Assembly (NCBI GenBank): GCA_024743115.1
Contig: JANSXC010000003.1
Coordinates: 52,382 to 116,381, forward strand
Direction: 5' to 3'
Length of the DNA: 64,000 bases
From: a bacterium
Lineage (GTDB): Bacteria; Planctomycetota; UBA1135; UBA2386
The position numbers and the translations under genes are program-made. Positions within the stretch are counted from its first letter, which is position 1. Each line of letters opens with the position of its first letter. The notes under the pieces are model-generated. The model saw only the letters and a list, made by a program, of their open reading frames with translations, was not told the origin of the DNA and searched no databases. This document shows, piece after piece, positions 1 through 9,225 of the stretch.

Positions 1-1
1 C

Positions 2-496
2 CGCAAGCCGACGTTTCCGCGCTTCCTCAACGGGATCGGCATCCGACATGTCGGCGAACAAACTGCCAAGGACCTGGCGCGGAACTTCGGTTCCCTGACC
101 GGGCTGCGCGCTGCCAGCCCCGAGCAGCTCACCGCGGTCGACGGCGTTGGTGAGGAGGTACAGAAGGCGATCCTCGAGTTCTTCGAGTCGCCGAAGAACC
201 AGGCAACGCTGGCAGCCCTCGCGGCGGCCGGTGTCGAACCCGAGGAGTCGGCGCCGACGGCCGGCCCACTCGACGGTCGGGTCTTCGTGTTCACCGGCGG
301 GCTGTCCACGATGTCACGCGATGACGCCAAGGCGCGCGTCGAGGAGTTCGGCGCCCGCACTGCGTCGGGCATCAGCAAGAAGGTCACGGATGTCGTCGCC
401 GGCGAGGCGGCGGGCAGCAAGCTCGAGAAAGCGCGGAAGCTCGAGCTTCGCATCCACACCGAAGAAGAGTTCCAGGCGCTGCTGGACGAGCTGTGA
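2..496 (+). CDS. ligA: NAD-dependent DNA ligase, C-terminal part (HhH + BRCT); 5' end lies outside the window
   Basis: Frame from base 2 reads RFLNGIGIRHVGEQTAKDLA...LTAVDGVG...GRVFVFTGGLSTMSRDDAKARVEEFGA...SKKVTDVVAGEAAGSKLEKA, the classic LigA HhH and BRCT motifs. Confidence 0.95.
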   Translation, partial: RKPTFPRFLNGIGIRHVGEQTAKDLARNFGSLTGLRAASPEQLTAVDGVGEEVQKAILEFFESPKNQATLAALAAAGVEPEESAPTAGPLDGRVFVFTGGLSTMSRDDAKARVEEFGARTASGISKKVTDVVAGEAAGSKLEKARKLELRIHTEEEFQALLDEL

Positions 497-597
497 AGGA
501 TCGCGGTCGATTCGCACCCTTGCGGCTGCTCGCGATGGGCCTCGTGCTCGGGGTGGTGCTCTATGTCGCCTACCTCGGGCTCGGCGGCATGCCGTAA
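493..597 (+). CDS. small single-pass membrane protein, 34 aa (not in ORF track)
   Basis: GTG start overlaps the ligA stop (GTGA). Translation MKDRGRFAPLRLLAMGLVLGVVLYVAYLGLGGMP* has a basic N-terminus and a hydrophobic helix, with GC-rich third positions. Confidence 0.55.
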   Translation: MKDRGRFAPLRLLAMGLVLGVVLYVAYLGLGGMP

Positions 598-613
598 CTA
601 GCCGCGCTCCGCC

Positions 614-2347
614 TCAGATCGCGTACAGCTTCGTCAGATCGACCACGGGTAACCGATCGCGCAGCTCCTTGCAGCGCGACGCCATGCGCAACGCCGCAGC
701 ATCGTGCGGCAGCGATTCGAACGCGTGCCGGCTCGCAACGAGCACGGCCTTGGTGCGCGCCCTCGATAGTGCGACGTTGAGACGGTTGATCGAGAGATGA
801 AACGCCCCACGCCGCGAGTTGGCGTCGGGATCACCCGCCGTCAGAGACACGACCACGACCTCGCGTTCCTGGCCTTGGATCCGTTCGACGGTGTCGACGG
901 TGATGAGTTCGCCCTGCGGCAGCCCCTTGTTCTGGATCGCGGATCGGAGCATGCGAACCTGCGCGCGGAACGGCGCGATCACGGCGACCTGCTCGGGGGG
1001 CACACCGTGCTGTCGCACGACGTCTTCGACGACGTCGGCGACCGCATTCGCTTCCTCGGTCGAACGCTGACCCGGCTGACGGTGATCGATGCGCAGCCAG
1101 ACCACGGGCAGATCGGGCGTGAGAACCTCGTCGAGCCGTCCACCGGCAACGAACGGCATGCGACGCTCGGCCGCGCAATCCGAAGGTCGCAGGGCACCCT
1201 CGTAGAACGCACCACTGACGACGTCGCAGACGCCCGTGTTGAGACGGTAGCTCGTATCGAGCATCTGCGAGCCGTAGAGCCGATGCAGGTGTTCGAAGAT
1301 CGAGTTCGCCGCCTGCGGATCCGCGCGATCACTCGTGACGACGGGCGGCAGTTGCTGGTGGTCGCCGAAGAACAGCCAGCGCTGGGCGCGCAACATCCCG
1401 GGCAACGCATGCGGGATGGGCATCTGCCCGGCCTCATCGAAGACCGTGTAGTGGAACCGCTCACGATCGTGCAGCTTGCCGAGCTGGTAGCACGTCGAAC
1501 CGACGACGACACCACGCTTGGGCAGGTTGACGCGACGCGCATCGGCGAGCGACACGCCGGCATCGCGTAGCCGCTGACGGCCATCGGACGAGGACGATTC
1601 GAGTTTGATGACCTCCAGGTCGCTCGCCAGGCCACGGATCGCGAGCAGCGCGTTGTCGACCGCACGATGCGTGTAGGCGCACACCGCGATGCGACAGCCC
1701 GCCCGCGCCAGCATCACGGCGACCTGCGCGAGCAACCGCGTCTTGCCGGTCCCGGGCGGCCCCTGGACGAGCGCGAGGCTCTCCGTGCCGATCGCCAGCG
1801 CACCGGCCTCGATCTGCGAATCGTTGAGCTCCGTCTCGGTGAGCGCCTTGCGCGCTCGTTCACGGCGGCCCTCGTCGAAACCGACTTCGTGCTTGCCGCG
1901 CAGAACGTTCGCCACGAGGTCGGACTCGAACGCCGCGCGCACGGCATCGCGCAACCGGCCCTGCAGACTGAGCGGCCGCCGATCGATGACGAACTCGTTG
2001 CCCGGCTCGAGGTCACAGACCACATCCCGCAAGAACGGATCGCGCTCTAGTCGCAGCTCGCCCTTCTTGGCATCGAAGTCGCCGTAGACCAACGCCACGC
2101 CGCCCTCGAGGTCGAGCCCGTCGCCGACGATGACCGTGTCGCCCGACCGGAACTTCGACGCGTTGTCGGTCACGCCGAAGCGATGCTGACCACCCTGCTC
2201 CCCGAGGTACTTGGCGTCGCGAATGCACTCGCCCTCGACCACACGCGCATCGACCGGCTGCGAACGCAACTCGCGCAGAGCCCGGCGCTCACCCTGCTCT
2301 TCGCGAGCCAGGAATCGGAGCAGACGTTCTTCGAGTGACAGATCCAC
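614..2347 (-). CDS. Dna2/NAM7(UPF1)-like superfamily 1 helicase (AAA_11/AAA_12)
   Basis: Motifs LNDSQ, QGPPGTGKT (Walker A), FDEAGQ, GDHQQLPP, SYRL, IAPFRAQV, TVERIQGQEREVV and RLNVALSRA. Confidence 0.9.
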   Translation of the reverse strand: MDLSLEERLLRFLAREEQGERRALRELRSQPVDARVVEGECIRDAKYLGEQGGQHRFGVTDNASKFRSGDTVIVGDGLDLEGGVALVYGDFDAKKGELRLERDPFLRDVVCDLEPGNEFVIDRRPLSLQGRLRDAVRAAFESDLVANVLRGKHEVGFDEGRRERARKALTETELNDSQIEAGALAIGTESLALVQGPPGTGKTRLLAQVAVMLARAGCRIAVCAYTHRAVDNALLAIRGLASDLEVIKLESSSSDGRQRLRDAGVSLADARRVNLPKRGVVVGSTCYQLGKLHDRERFHYTVFDEAGQMPIPHALPGMLRAQRWLFFGDHQQLPPVVTSDRADPQAANSIFEHLHRLYGSQMLDTSYRLNTGVCDVVSGAFYEGALRPSDCAAERRMPFVAGGRLDEVLTPDLPVVWLRIDHRQPGQRSTEEANAVADVVEDVVRQHGVPPEQVAVIAPFRAQVRMLRSAIQNKGLPQGELITVDTVERIQGQEREVVVVSLTAGDPDANSRRGAFHLSINRLNVALSRARTKAVLVASRHAFESLPHDAAALRMASRCKELRDRLPVVDLTKLYAI

Positions 2348-2391
2348 GCGGGCAGGTCCCGCGCGCGATCATCGGGTTCACGCCGGCGCGA

Positions 2392-3969
2392 TCAAGGCTT
2401 CCGGATCACCCGCAGATCGTCGCGAACCTGCCAGTGCGCTTCTTCACCCTGGTTGCGCGTCACGAACCGATACGGCACGCCGGTCACGAGGTCGCGGCGG
2501 TCGGCGCCGCCGAAGGGCACGAACACGTAGGCGTGGCCCTCGGGGCGATACCAACGCACGAGCTTCTCGAAGCCGACCCCGAGCGTCGGATGGCCATCCG
2601 CAACCAAGAACACGCGCTGGTCCGATGCGTCCATGAAGCGCCCCAGATCCTGGTTGTTGCTGGCTCCCTCCACGCGGGCGGCGAGGCCGAAGTGCCCTTT
2701 CTTCGCCGCCCACTCGCGGACGAAATCGGGCGCGTCCGGGCTGTCACAGAACACCGCATCGGTGACCTCCATCTCGGTCAGGATCGGCGCGTCGGGCTTC
2801 ACCTCGCTGTGCACCCCGAACTCATCACGCAAGGCGATCGTGGAATACGGGTTTGCGTAGCCGAACACGTCGTCATAGCGCCGCAGCGTCTGTCGCTTGC
2901 CGATGGTCGCGGGCATGTTCGCTTCCGACCAGTCCGAGAACGTCGCGACGTGGATCATCAGACCGAACATGCCAGGATCACGGATGTCCTGGCCGAGGCG
3001 GTCGTAGTTGAGACGGCGCCAGCGCCCGTCGACGAACACCTCGTTGAACGTGTGCGACGCCCACGAATCCTTGATCTTCTCGATCGCCGCAACCGTGTCG
3101 CGGCGCAGCGCGCGATGCTTCAGCCCGCGCCGCAGCATCTTCAACTCGGTCGGGTCGTTGCTGTCGACGATCGGGACACACAGCACGATGCGCGTCGGGA
3201 TACCGAGCGCGCGCAGACAACCGTTGAGGTAGGTCGCCGATGACGAGCAGCTGCCGCGCACCTTCTGCTCGAACATGCCGCGCGCCAGGATGTCGCGCTG
3301 CCACTGGCGTTCGAGTTCCTCCGGCGACTTCGCTACCACGGCTTCGAGATCGCTCGGGATGAACGGCCGCCCGCGCTTGTCGAACGCGGTGACGAACGTC
3401 GTGAAGCTGTCGTTGTACTTGGCGCGCTGGCACAGCCACTTCGACGCTCGTTCGACGAGTTGTTTGTCCGACAACTTGCCCGGCACGATTCCGTCTGCGA
3501 CGAGCGCGGTCCAAAGTTCACGACGCATCTTCGAGTTCCAGTTCGCCGCCGGGCCGGAGCGCGTCCACTCACCCAACTTCCGCGCGGCCTTCTGCCACTT
3601 CGCATCCTCGCCGATCGCCTCGGCGACGGTGTTGAACGGATAGAGCACGACCTCCAACTCGACGTGGTCGGCAGTCTCGTCGAGCACCCGCACGTCCTGG
3701 TAGTCGTCGTTGAGGTAGTCGGGCGTCACCGGCCGCATCACCTGAACGACGACTCGCACCGTGTACTGATACTCGCGCCGCTCCCGCCACTCCCCATCGG
3801 GCACACCATCACCATCGGTGTCGGCCTTCGTCGGGTCGGTCCGATACTTGTGGACCTCGTGAAAGTCGGACACGCGATCGCGATCACGGTCCTTCGCCGC
3901 CTGCGCCATCGCTGGCAGGCAGAAGAGAACGGGCAACAGGAAGGCGATCACCGGACAGGTAGCGCGCAT
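2392..3969 (-). CDS. secreted transglutaminase-like protein with N-terminal Ca-binding DxDxDG repeats
   Basis: Signal peptide MRATCPVIAFLLPVLFCLPAMA-Q; TDPTKADTDGDGVPDGE; transglutaminase core RGSCSS...LRALGIPTRIV and SHTFNEVFVDGRW. Start re-chosen at ATG 3969. Confidence 0.75.
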   Translation of the reverse strand: MRATCPVIAFLLPVLFCLPAMAQAAKDRDRDRVSDFHEVHKYRTDPTKADTDGDGVPDGEWRERREYQYTVRVVVQVMRPVTPDYLNDDYQDVRVLDETADHVELEVVLYPFNTVAEAIGEDAKWQKAARKLGEWTRSGPAANWNSKMRRELWTALVADGIVPGKLSDKQLVERASKWLCQRAKYNDSFTTFVTAFDKRGRPFIPSDLEAVVAKSPEELERQWQRDILARGMFEQKVRGSCSSSATYLNGCLRALGIPTRIVLCVPIVDSNDPTELKMLRRGLKHRALRRDTVAAIEKIKDSWASHTFNEVFVDGRWRRLNYDRLGQDIRDPGMFGLMIHVATFSDWSEANMPATIGKRQTLRRYDDVFGYANPYSTIALRDEFGVHSEVKPDAPILTEMEVTDAVFCDSPDAPDFVREWAAKKGHFGLAARVEGASNNQDLGRFMDASDQRVFLVADGHPTLGVGFEKLVRWYRPEGHAYVFVPFGGADRRDLVTGVPYRFVTRNQGEEAHWQVRDDLRVIRKP

Positions 3970-3986
3970 CTGCGCACAATACCCGA

Positions 3987-5324
3987 CTACTTCTTGCGGC
4001 GGCGATAACGCCAGCGCGGCTCGACGAGTTCGCCGTTCCAGGCGTCGAAGGTTTCCTGCAGCGCGGCGACCCGTTCGGGCTCGGCCGCCGCAACGTCCTG
4101 CTGCTCCGACAGATCGGCCACGAGGTCGTAGAGCTGAGGCGGCGACCCGCTGCCGGCCGTGAGCAGCTTCCAACGGCCCTGGCGAATCGCCCACTTATCA
4201 CCATGGCGCCAGAACAGCGCGCGCTCCTGCGGCTCGCGTTCGCCGATCAACAGCGGCACAAGATCGATGCCGTCGAGCGGGCGTTCGACCGGCGCCGAAA
4301 CGCCCGCCATCGCGAGCGCCGTTGCCGCGATATCGAGCGCGATGACGGGTTCGTTCCACACCTTGCCGGCCGGCAGCCGCGCGGGCCATTGCACGAGGAA
4401 CGGCACCCGAATCCCACCCTCGAACACCTGGCCCTTGCGACCGCGGAGCGGCGCATTGCTCGACGCGTTGTTGGTAGCGCCGCCGTTGTCATTGACGAAA
4501 AACAGCAGCGTGTCGTCGAGCATGCCGGCAGCGGTCAACGCATCGAGAATGCGTCCGACTGCGCGATCCAACGCGCGCGTCATCGCGATCAGCTTGCGGC
4601 GCTTCGGCGAACCTTCCGCGCCCTCGAGGTCCGCGGGCAACGCATGCATCGGCGTATGCACCGCGTTGAACGCGACGTAGAGCAGCAGCGGGCGTTCATC
4701 GTCGTGACCCGCGATGTACTCGGCCGTCCGCGCCGCGAGTTCATCGGTCATGTAGTCGAACTTCTCGGGCTGCACCTCGCGACCTTTGAGCAGGCGATTG
4801 AGGCGGGTCGGCTTGTCCAACGGAAAGAACGACCGCGCGCCCTGCAAAAATCCGAAGTAGTCGTCGAAGCCGCGCGAGAGCGGATGGAACTTGTCGGCAT
4901 AGCCGAGATGCCACTTACCGAGTGCAATCGTGCGGTAGCCGGACTTGCGCAAGTGGTCTGCGATCGTGACCTCCTCGACCGGCAGGCCGTTCTCTTCACT
5001 GAAACGCGGCGGGATGTTGAGCTCGTGCCCGAAACGCTGCTGGTAGCGCCCCGTCACGAGTCCTGCGCGGGTCGGACTGCAGACAGCGCCCGAGACGTAG
5101 CCTGCCGCGAAGCGCACACCGTTCTCGGCGATCGAATCGATGCGCGGCGTCGCCACGTCCTTTGCGCCGTGGATCGAGAAGTCCGCGTAGCCGGCATCGT
5201 CGCTGACCAGAATCACGACGTGGGGCTGCCGCCGCCCGCCGTCCTGCCCGACTTGCCCTGGGGCCAGGACCGCGGTCGCCACGACACCTGCAATCAACCA
5301 CACCAGCAGAACAAGAGTTCGCAT
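3987..5324 (-). CDS. sulfatase (formylglycine-dependent, arylsulfatase A-like), secreted
   Basis: ILVSDDAGY, CSPTRAGLVTG (CxPxR), GKWHLG, HPLSRGFD, DNGG, EGGIRVP. ATG overlaps the upstream stop (TGATG). Confidence 0.93.
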   Translation of the reverse strand: MRTLVLLVWLIAGVVATAVLAPGQVGQDGGRRQPHVVILVSDDAGYADFSIHGAKDVATPRIDSIAENGVRFAAGYVSGAVCSPTRAGLVTGRYQQRFGHELNIPPRFSEENGLPVEEVTIADHLRKSGYRTIALGKWHLGYADKFHPLSRGFDDYFGFLQGARSFFPLDKPTRLNRLLKGREVQPEKFDYMTDELAARTAEYIAGHDDERPLLLYVAFNAVHTPMHALPADLEGAEGSPKRRKLIAMTRALDRAVGRILDALTAAGMLDDTLLFFVNDNGGATNNASSNAPLRGRKGQVFEGGIRVPFLVQWPARLPAGKVWNEPVIALDIAATALAMAGVSAPVERPLDGIDLVPLLIGEREPQERALFWRHGDKWAIRQGRWKLLTAGSGSPPQLYDLVADLSEQQDVAAAEPERVAALQETFDAWNGELVEPRWRYRRRKK

Positions 5325-6742
5325 CACGCCTGGGCCTCCGCCCCCTTCACGTCAATCACGGCATCCACCGCGAGGTTCTCACCCTCCGGCGGCTCGACGA
5401 GCTCGGCCCGCAGTTGTGCGAGATCCTCGAGGTCGGCCTGGAGCTTGGCGCGCATGCGTTCGATGCCATCGGGCAACGACGCCCAGATCGCCGCCGCGCC
5501 GGCATGACCCGCACGCCTTGGATCGCGCCCGAGCCCGAGCCGCACGAAGTCTTCGAGCCCGAACACCGGCCCCGGATAGATCGCCGCGTGATTCAGCCGC
5601 GTCCGCAGATCCACGAAGCGCGCCTCGAACGCGGTGCCGGCCTCGCGCTCGAATGCCTGGGTCTCGTACCAGCGCGGTAGCTGCGCCCCGAAATGCATGA
5701 CGGGTGCCCGCGGCGGCACGCCCGCAACGAGTTCTTGGAACGCATCCCACTCGTCCTCGGCCCGCTCGACTCGCACGAACCGGAACTCGCCATCCGGGCT
5801 CGCCGGCCGCATGAGACCGAACGCGAGCATGCGATCGGCAAACGGATCCGCGAGCGCGTGCACGATCGCTCCGCGCGCCAACGCAGCACCCCGCGGCCGC
5901 GCCTCGACGACGGGCTTGCCGAGCAGTCGAGTCTGCGCCGCGCGTCGCAACCGGCGCACGAGGGCACTGTCGAGGTGTCCACGTTGGCGTTGGCCCGTGG
6001 GCTGGAACACGGCCAGGTCTTCGACGGTCTTGCAGCCGAGCTCCGCGAGAATCGCCTGTGCGCCGCGGCTCATCCCCTGCACGAGCGACAGGTCATCGCG
6101 GCCGTCGAGCTCGGGCAGACAGCGATGGTTGTGGTAGCACCCCGAACAGCCCCACTGCAGGAACGGCTGCGCGCCATCCATCTCGTCCCGCAGCGCCCGC
6201 AAGCCAGACACGACCTCGCGCGCCGCCGCGTCGTAATCCGCGATTCGAAATCGTTCTTCCCGCCCGTCCTTGAGCACGAGTGCGCCGTACTCGGGCACCC
6301 GCTCCTGAACCTCGGCAAGCAGCTGCGTGTAGAACACGACCTGCAGGATCTGGTCGCCGCGCGAATGACCGGACGTCTTGACGTCGACGACTTCGTAGTG
6401 GTGATCGCCGAGCGCGGATTCGCCGGGCAGCTTGCGCAGCAGGTCGGGTAGGCCGAGGCGGTCTTCGACCATGAGCACGCCCTGATGGATCATCCAGTCG
6501 CCGTCGCGCAGCATCGCGAGCGTGGCGGCGGCGCCCGCTTCGAAATCACGCTCCGGATAGACGGGCGCGGGCACACCGAGCGCCGCGACGTACTCGTCCT
6601 CGAAGTCGCGACCGCGTTTGGCCGCGAACTCCTCCCACTCGGTGGCGGGCCGCCGCTCCTTGCGCGACAGATGGAGATCGAGCGCCGCAAGACGCGGACA
6701 CTTCACGTAGCTGTAGACGTGGGTGCCAGTAATGCGCCGCAT
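5324..6742 (-). CDS. TM0106-family RecB-like (PD-(D/E)xK, Cas4-like) nuclease with degenerate C-terminal RNase H-like domain
   Basis: YVKCPRL, T...MLRDG..MIHQGVL, GLPDLLRK, YEVVDVK, LQVVFY, CSGCYHNHRC (Fe-S-type Cys), DDLSLVQGM, FVDL...YPGPVFGLEDF. Start re-chosen at ATG 6742. Confidence 0.85.
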   Translation of the reverse strand: MRRITGTHVYSYVKCPRLAALDLHLSRKERRPATEWEEFAAKRGRDFEDEYVAALGVPAPVYPERDFEAGAAATLAMLRDGDWMIHQGVLMVEDRLGLPDLLRKLPGESALGDHHYEVVDVKTSGHSRGDQILQVVFYTQLLAEVQERVPEYGALVLKDGREERFRIADYDAAAREVVSGLRALRDEMDGAQPFLQWGCSGCYHNHRCLPELDGRDDLSLVQGMSRGAQAILAELGCKTVEDLAVFQPTGQRQRGHLDSALVRRLRRAAQTRLLGKPVVEARPRGAALARGAIVHALADPFADRMLAFGLMRPASPDGEFRFVRVERAEDEWDAFQELVAGVPPRAPVMHFGAQLPRWYETQAFEREAGTAFEARFVDLRTRLNHAAIYPGPVFGLEDFVRLGLGRDPRRAGHAGAAAIWASLPDGIERMRAKLQADLEDLAQLRAELVEPPEGENLAVDAVIDVKGAEAQA

Positions 6743-6817
6743 GACGTCGAACGTAGCCCGCACCGCAGCCGACCACGAGCAGAGACGCAAGAATGCCGCG
6801 CCGGACAATCGGCACGC

Positions 6818-8797
6818 TCACACCGGCACGATGCGCACGAGGCAATCGAGATACGCCGCGCCGAGACCGAGATCGGTCGCGCGCGCCGCGATCAGCGCGT
6901 TGGCACTCTGACCAGCGCAGTGATGCCCGCCCTTGGGCATGATCGCGGTGTCCCGACGTTGTCGTTCGTCGAGCCGTAGTTCCGCCTCGATCGTCCCGGT
7001 CGGGCTCTCGACGCGCACGACGGCGCCATCGTCGAAACCCGGCACTGCAGCGGGATGCACGGCTACCCACGTCCGCGAACCGAGCCCCTTGCCAGCCCAC
7101 TGCGACGCCTGGCTCTTCTCCGTCGAATTCGAGAACAACCATAACGGCTCACTGGCGCCCGGCTGCGCTGCCGTCGCCGTCACCTCGGGCTCGGGCGACA
7201 TCGCCGTGATGAGTTGCACCTTGCCATTCGGGGTCTGGACCTTGCCCGACTCGAACAGCTGCTTGTCGGCGACCGGACTTCGCACCGCGGCAGCCTGCGG
7301 CGCGCCGCCGTGGCCATCCCCCCCGCCGCCACGCAGGTCGTCGAGCGACGCGCCACGATCCGCGACTTCACGCAGTGCCGCGCGTTTGAGATCGTCGATC
7401 GTATCGCGCGGATACTCGGCGAGGCCGACCCGATCCGCGAGCTGCTGGAAGATCGTGATCTCGTGCCGGACCTCCGGCGGCGCCGCGACCACGGGCCTGG
7501 ACTCGCCGAGCCAGTGATGGCCGTACGAGCCGAGCAGGTCGTCGTCCTCGAGCATGGTCGGCACGGGCAGGACGACGTCCGCGAGTTCGGCGGTCTCGGT
7601 CCGAAAGCAGTCCGCCACGACCACGAACTCGGTCTGCTCGATCGCCCGCTTCACCGTCGCCGAATCGGGCAACATCGCGACCGGGTTGCCCGCGGTCACC
7701 CAGAGCGCCCGCACCGGCGGATCCTGAGCCGCGAGCAGATCGGCGCCGAGCAGGGGTTCGCGGATCGTGCGCGGATGATCGACGGAAACGTCGCTGAACG
7801 GCGCGAATGCCCGCCGGCGCGCGAAGTAGAACGACACCCCACCACCCGAACGGAACAGGTTGCCCGAGATCGCGCACAGAGCATCCAGCGCGCGCACGAT
7901 CGCGCCGCCGCGCTGCCGCCGCTGCATGCCCCAGCCCACGAGGATCGCGGTCGGACCGCTGGCGAACTCGGCCGCGAGCTCCCGGAGATCGGCTGCCGTG
8001 ACGTCCGCGAGCCGGGCCCATGCCGCGACGTCACGCGACTCGACGAGCGCGCGGTAGCCGGGCAAACCGTCGCAGAACTCCGCCGCAGCCGGATCGACCG
8101 CCCCGTCGTCGAAGAGGACCCGCGCGATCCCGAGCGCCAGCTCGAGGTCCCGACCGGGCGCCGGCATCAAGCGGCGAGCCGCGAGCGGCGAACTCTTGTG
8201 ATGCACAGGATCGACCAGCCATAGCCGCGCCCCACCGGCTGCCGCGCGCTTGAGCACGGGCACGAGATGGACGTTGCTCACGGCAGGGTTCTTGCCCCAC
8301 AACACGATGCTCCGACTCTGGAGCAGATCGAACAGGTCGTTGCTGTCGCTGGTACCGAGATCGTGCAGCTGCGCGGCCTCACCCGCGCCGGAGCAGATGT
8401 CGCCGATCTTCGTCGTGCAGGGCCCGAACCGATCGAAGAACAGATCGGTCAGCTGCTTGAGGATCCCGAGCGAACCGCCGGAGCGGTAGTGGAAGATCGC
8501 TGCGGGACCCGATTCGGCGCGGATCGCGACCAGCCGCTCGGCGATGTGAGCGAGCGCGGTGTCCCAGTCGACCGGCGTGAGCTCGCCGTTCCGGCGCACC
8601 AGCGGGCGCTCGACGCGTCGGTCGGAAGCCGCGAGCTCGGGAAATCGGCTCGTCCGGTAGCACAGGAAACCGCGGGTGACCGGATGCTCGGGATCGCCGC
8701 GCAGAGCTGTGATCCGGCCATCCTCGACGGTCGCAAGGATCGCGCAGGCATCGGGGCAGTCCCGACTGCAGGTGGTCCGATGTTCGGTCTTGGTCAT
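6818..8797 (-). CDS. molybdopterin-dependent oxidoreductase (bis-MGD family) with N-terminal 4Fe-4S
   Basis: CSRDCPDAC...GDPEHPVTRGFLC, ICSGAG, LWGKNP, AGNPVAMLPD, TETAELADVVLP. No Tat signal. Confidence 0.9.
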   Translation of the reverse strand: MTKTEHRTTCSRDCPDACAILATVEDGRITALRGDPEHPVTRGFLCYRTSRFPELAASDRRVERPLVRRNGELTPVDWDTALAHIAERLVAIRAESGPAAIFHYRSGGSLGILKQLTDLFFDRFGPCTTKIGDICSGAGEAAQLHDLGTSDSNDLFDLLQSRSIVLWGKNPAVSNVHLVPVLKRAAAGGARLWLVDPVHHKSSPLAARRLMPAPGRDLELALGIARVLFDDGAVDPAAAEFCDGLPGYRALVESRDVAAWARLADVTAADLRELAAEFASGPTAILVGWGMQRRQRGGAIVRALDALCAISGNLFRSGGGVSFYFARRRAFAPFSDVSVDHPRTIREPLLGADLLAAQDPPVRALWVTAGNPVAMLPDSATVKRAIEQTEFVVVADCFRTETAELADVVLPVPTMLEDDDLLGSYGHHWLGESRPVVAAPPEVRHEITIFQQLADRVGLAEYPRDTIDDLKRAALREVADRGASLDDLRGGGGDGHGGAPQAAAVRSPVADKQLFESGKVQTPNGKVQLITAMSPEPEVTATAAQPGASEPLWLFSNSTEKSQASQWAGKGLGSRTWVAVHPAAVPGFDDGAVVRVESPTGTIEAELRLDERQRRDTAIMPKGGHHCAGQSANALIAARATDLGLGAAYLDCLVRIVPV

Positions 8798-9225
8798 GGG
8801 CGCTCCGGCCGGGGCCTGGTCGTGACCCGGCAGCGTGCGCAACTCTAGCTATTCCAGAGAAATACGGCCAGAAGCAACCACTCACGGAGGGCCAACACAC
8901 GCCCCAGGCCCACTCCGCCCGAGACCTCGGGGCCTGCCTCTGAATCCCGACTCTGCAGACTTCTCCACACTCGGTCGATCCCACAGATCACTGTGCTGGA
9001 ATGGCTTGGCTCATCCCTTGACGCATTCTCCACAACCCTAACAAACGTTCGGTGCCATGGGATGTTTCCTGCGATTCCCGTTTGACCGCATTCCTACGCT
9101 GTGTTCCCCTCCCGCGGAAGTCACCTTCCGAGCACGCCGCCGCTTTACGTCGAAACCAAGAACAGACACCAGGCGGCGCGCAGAGATGGGTAGACCGAAC
9201 ATCCCGATTAGGGAGGAGACCTGAC

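Noticed and set aside
5324-6742. Cas4 of a CRISPR system
   Set aside because: The Cas4-like fold is shared, but the length, extra domains and absence of cas1/cas2 or an array fit the TM0106 family.
8798-9050. Moco riboswitch upstream of the molybdopterin enzyme
   Set aside because: I could not identify the conserved Moco motif elements on the minus strand.
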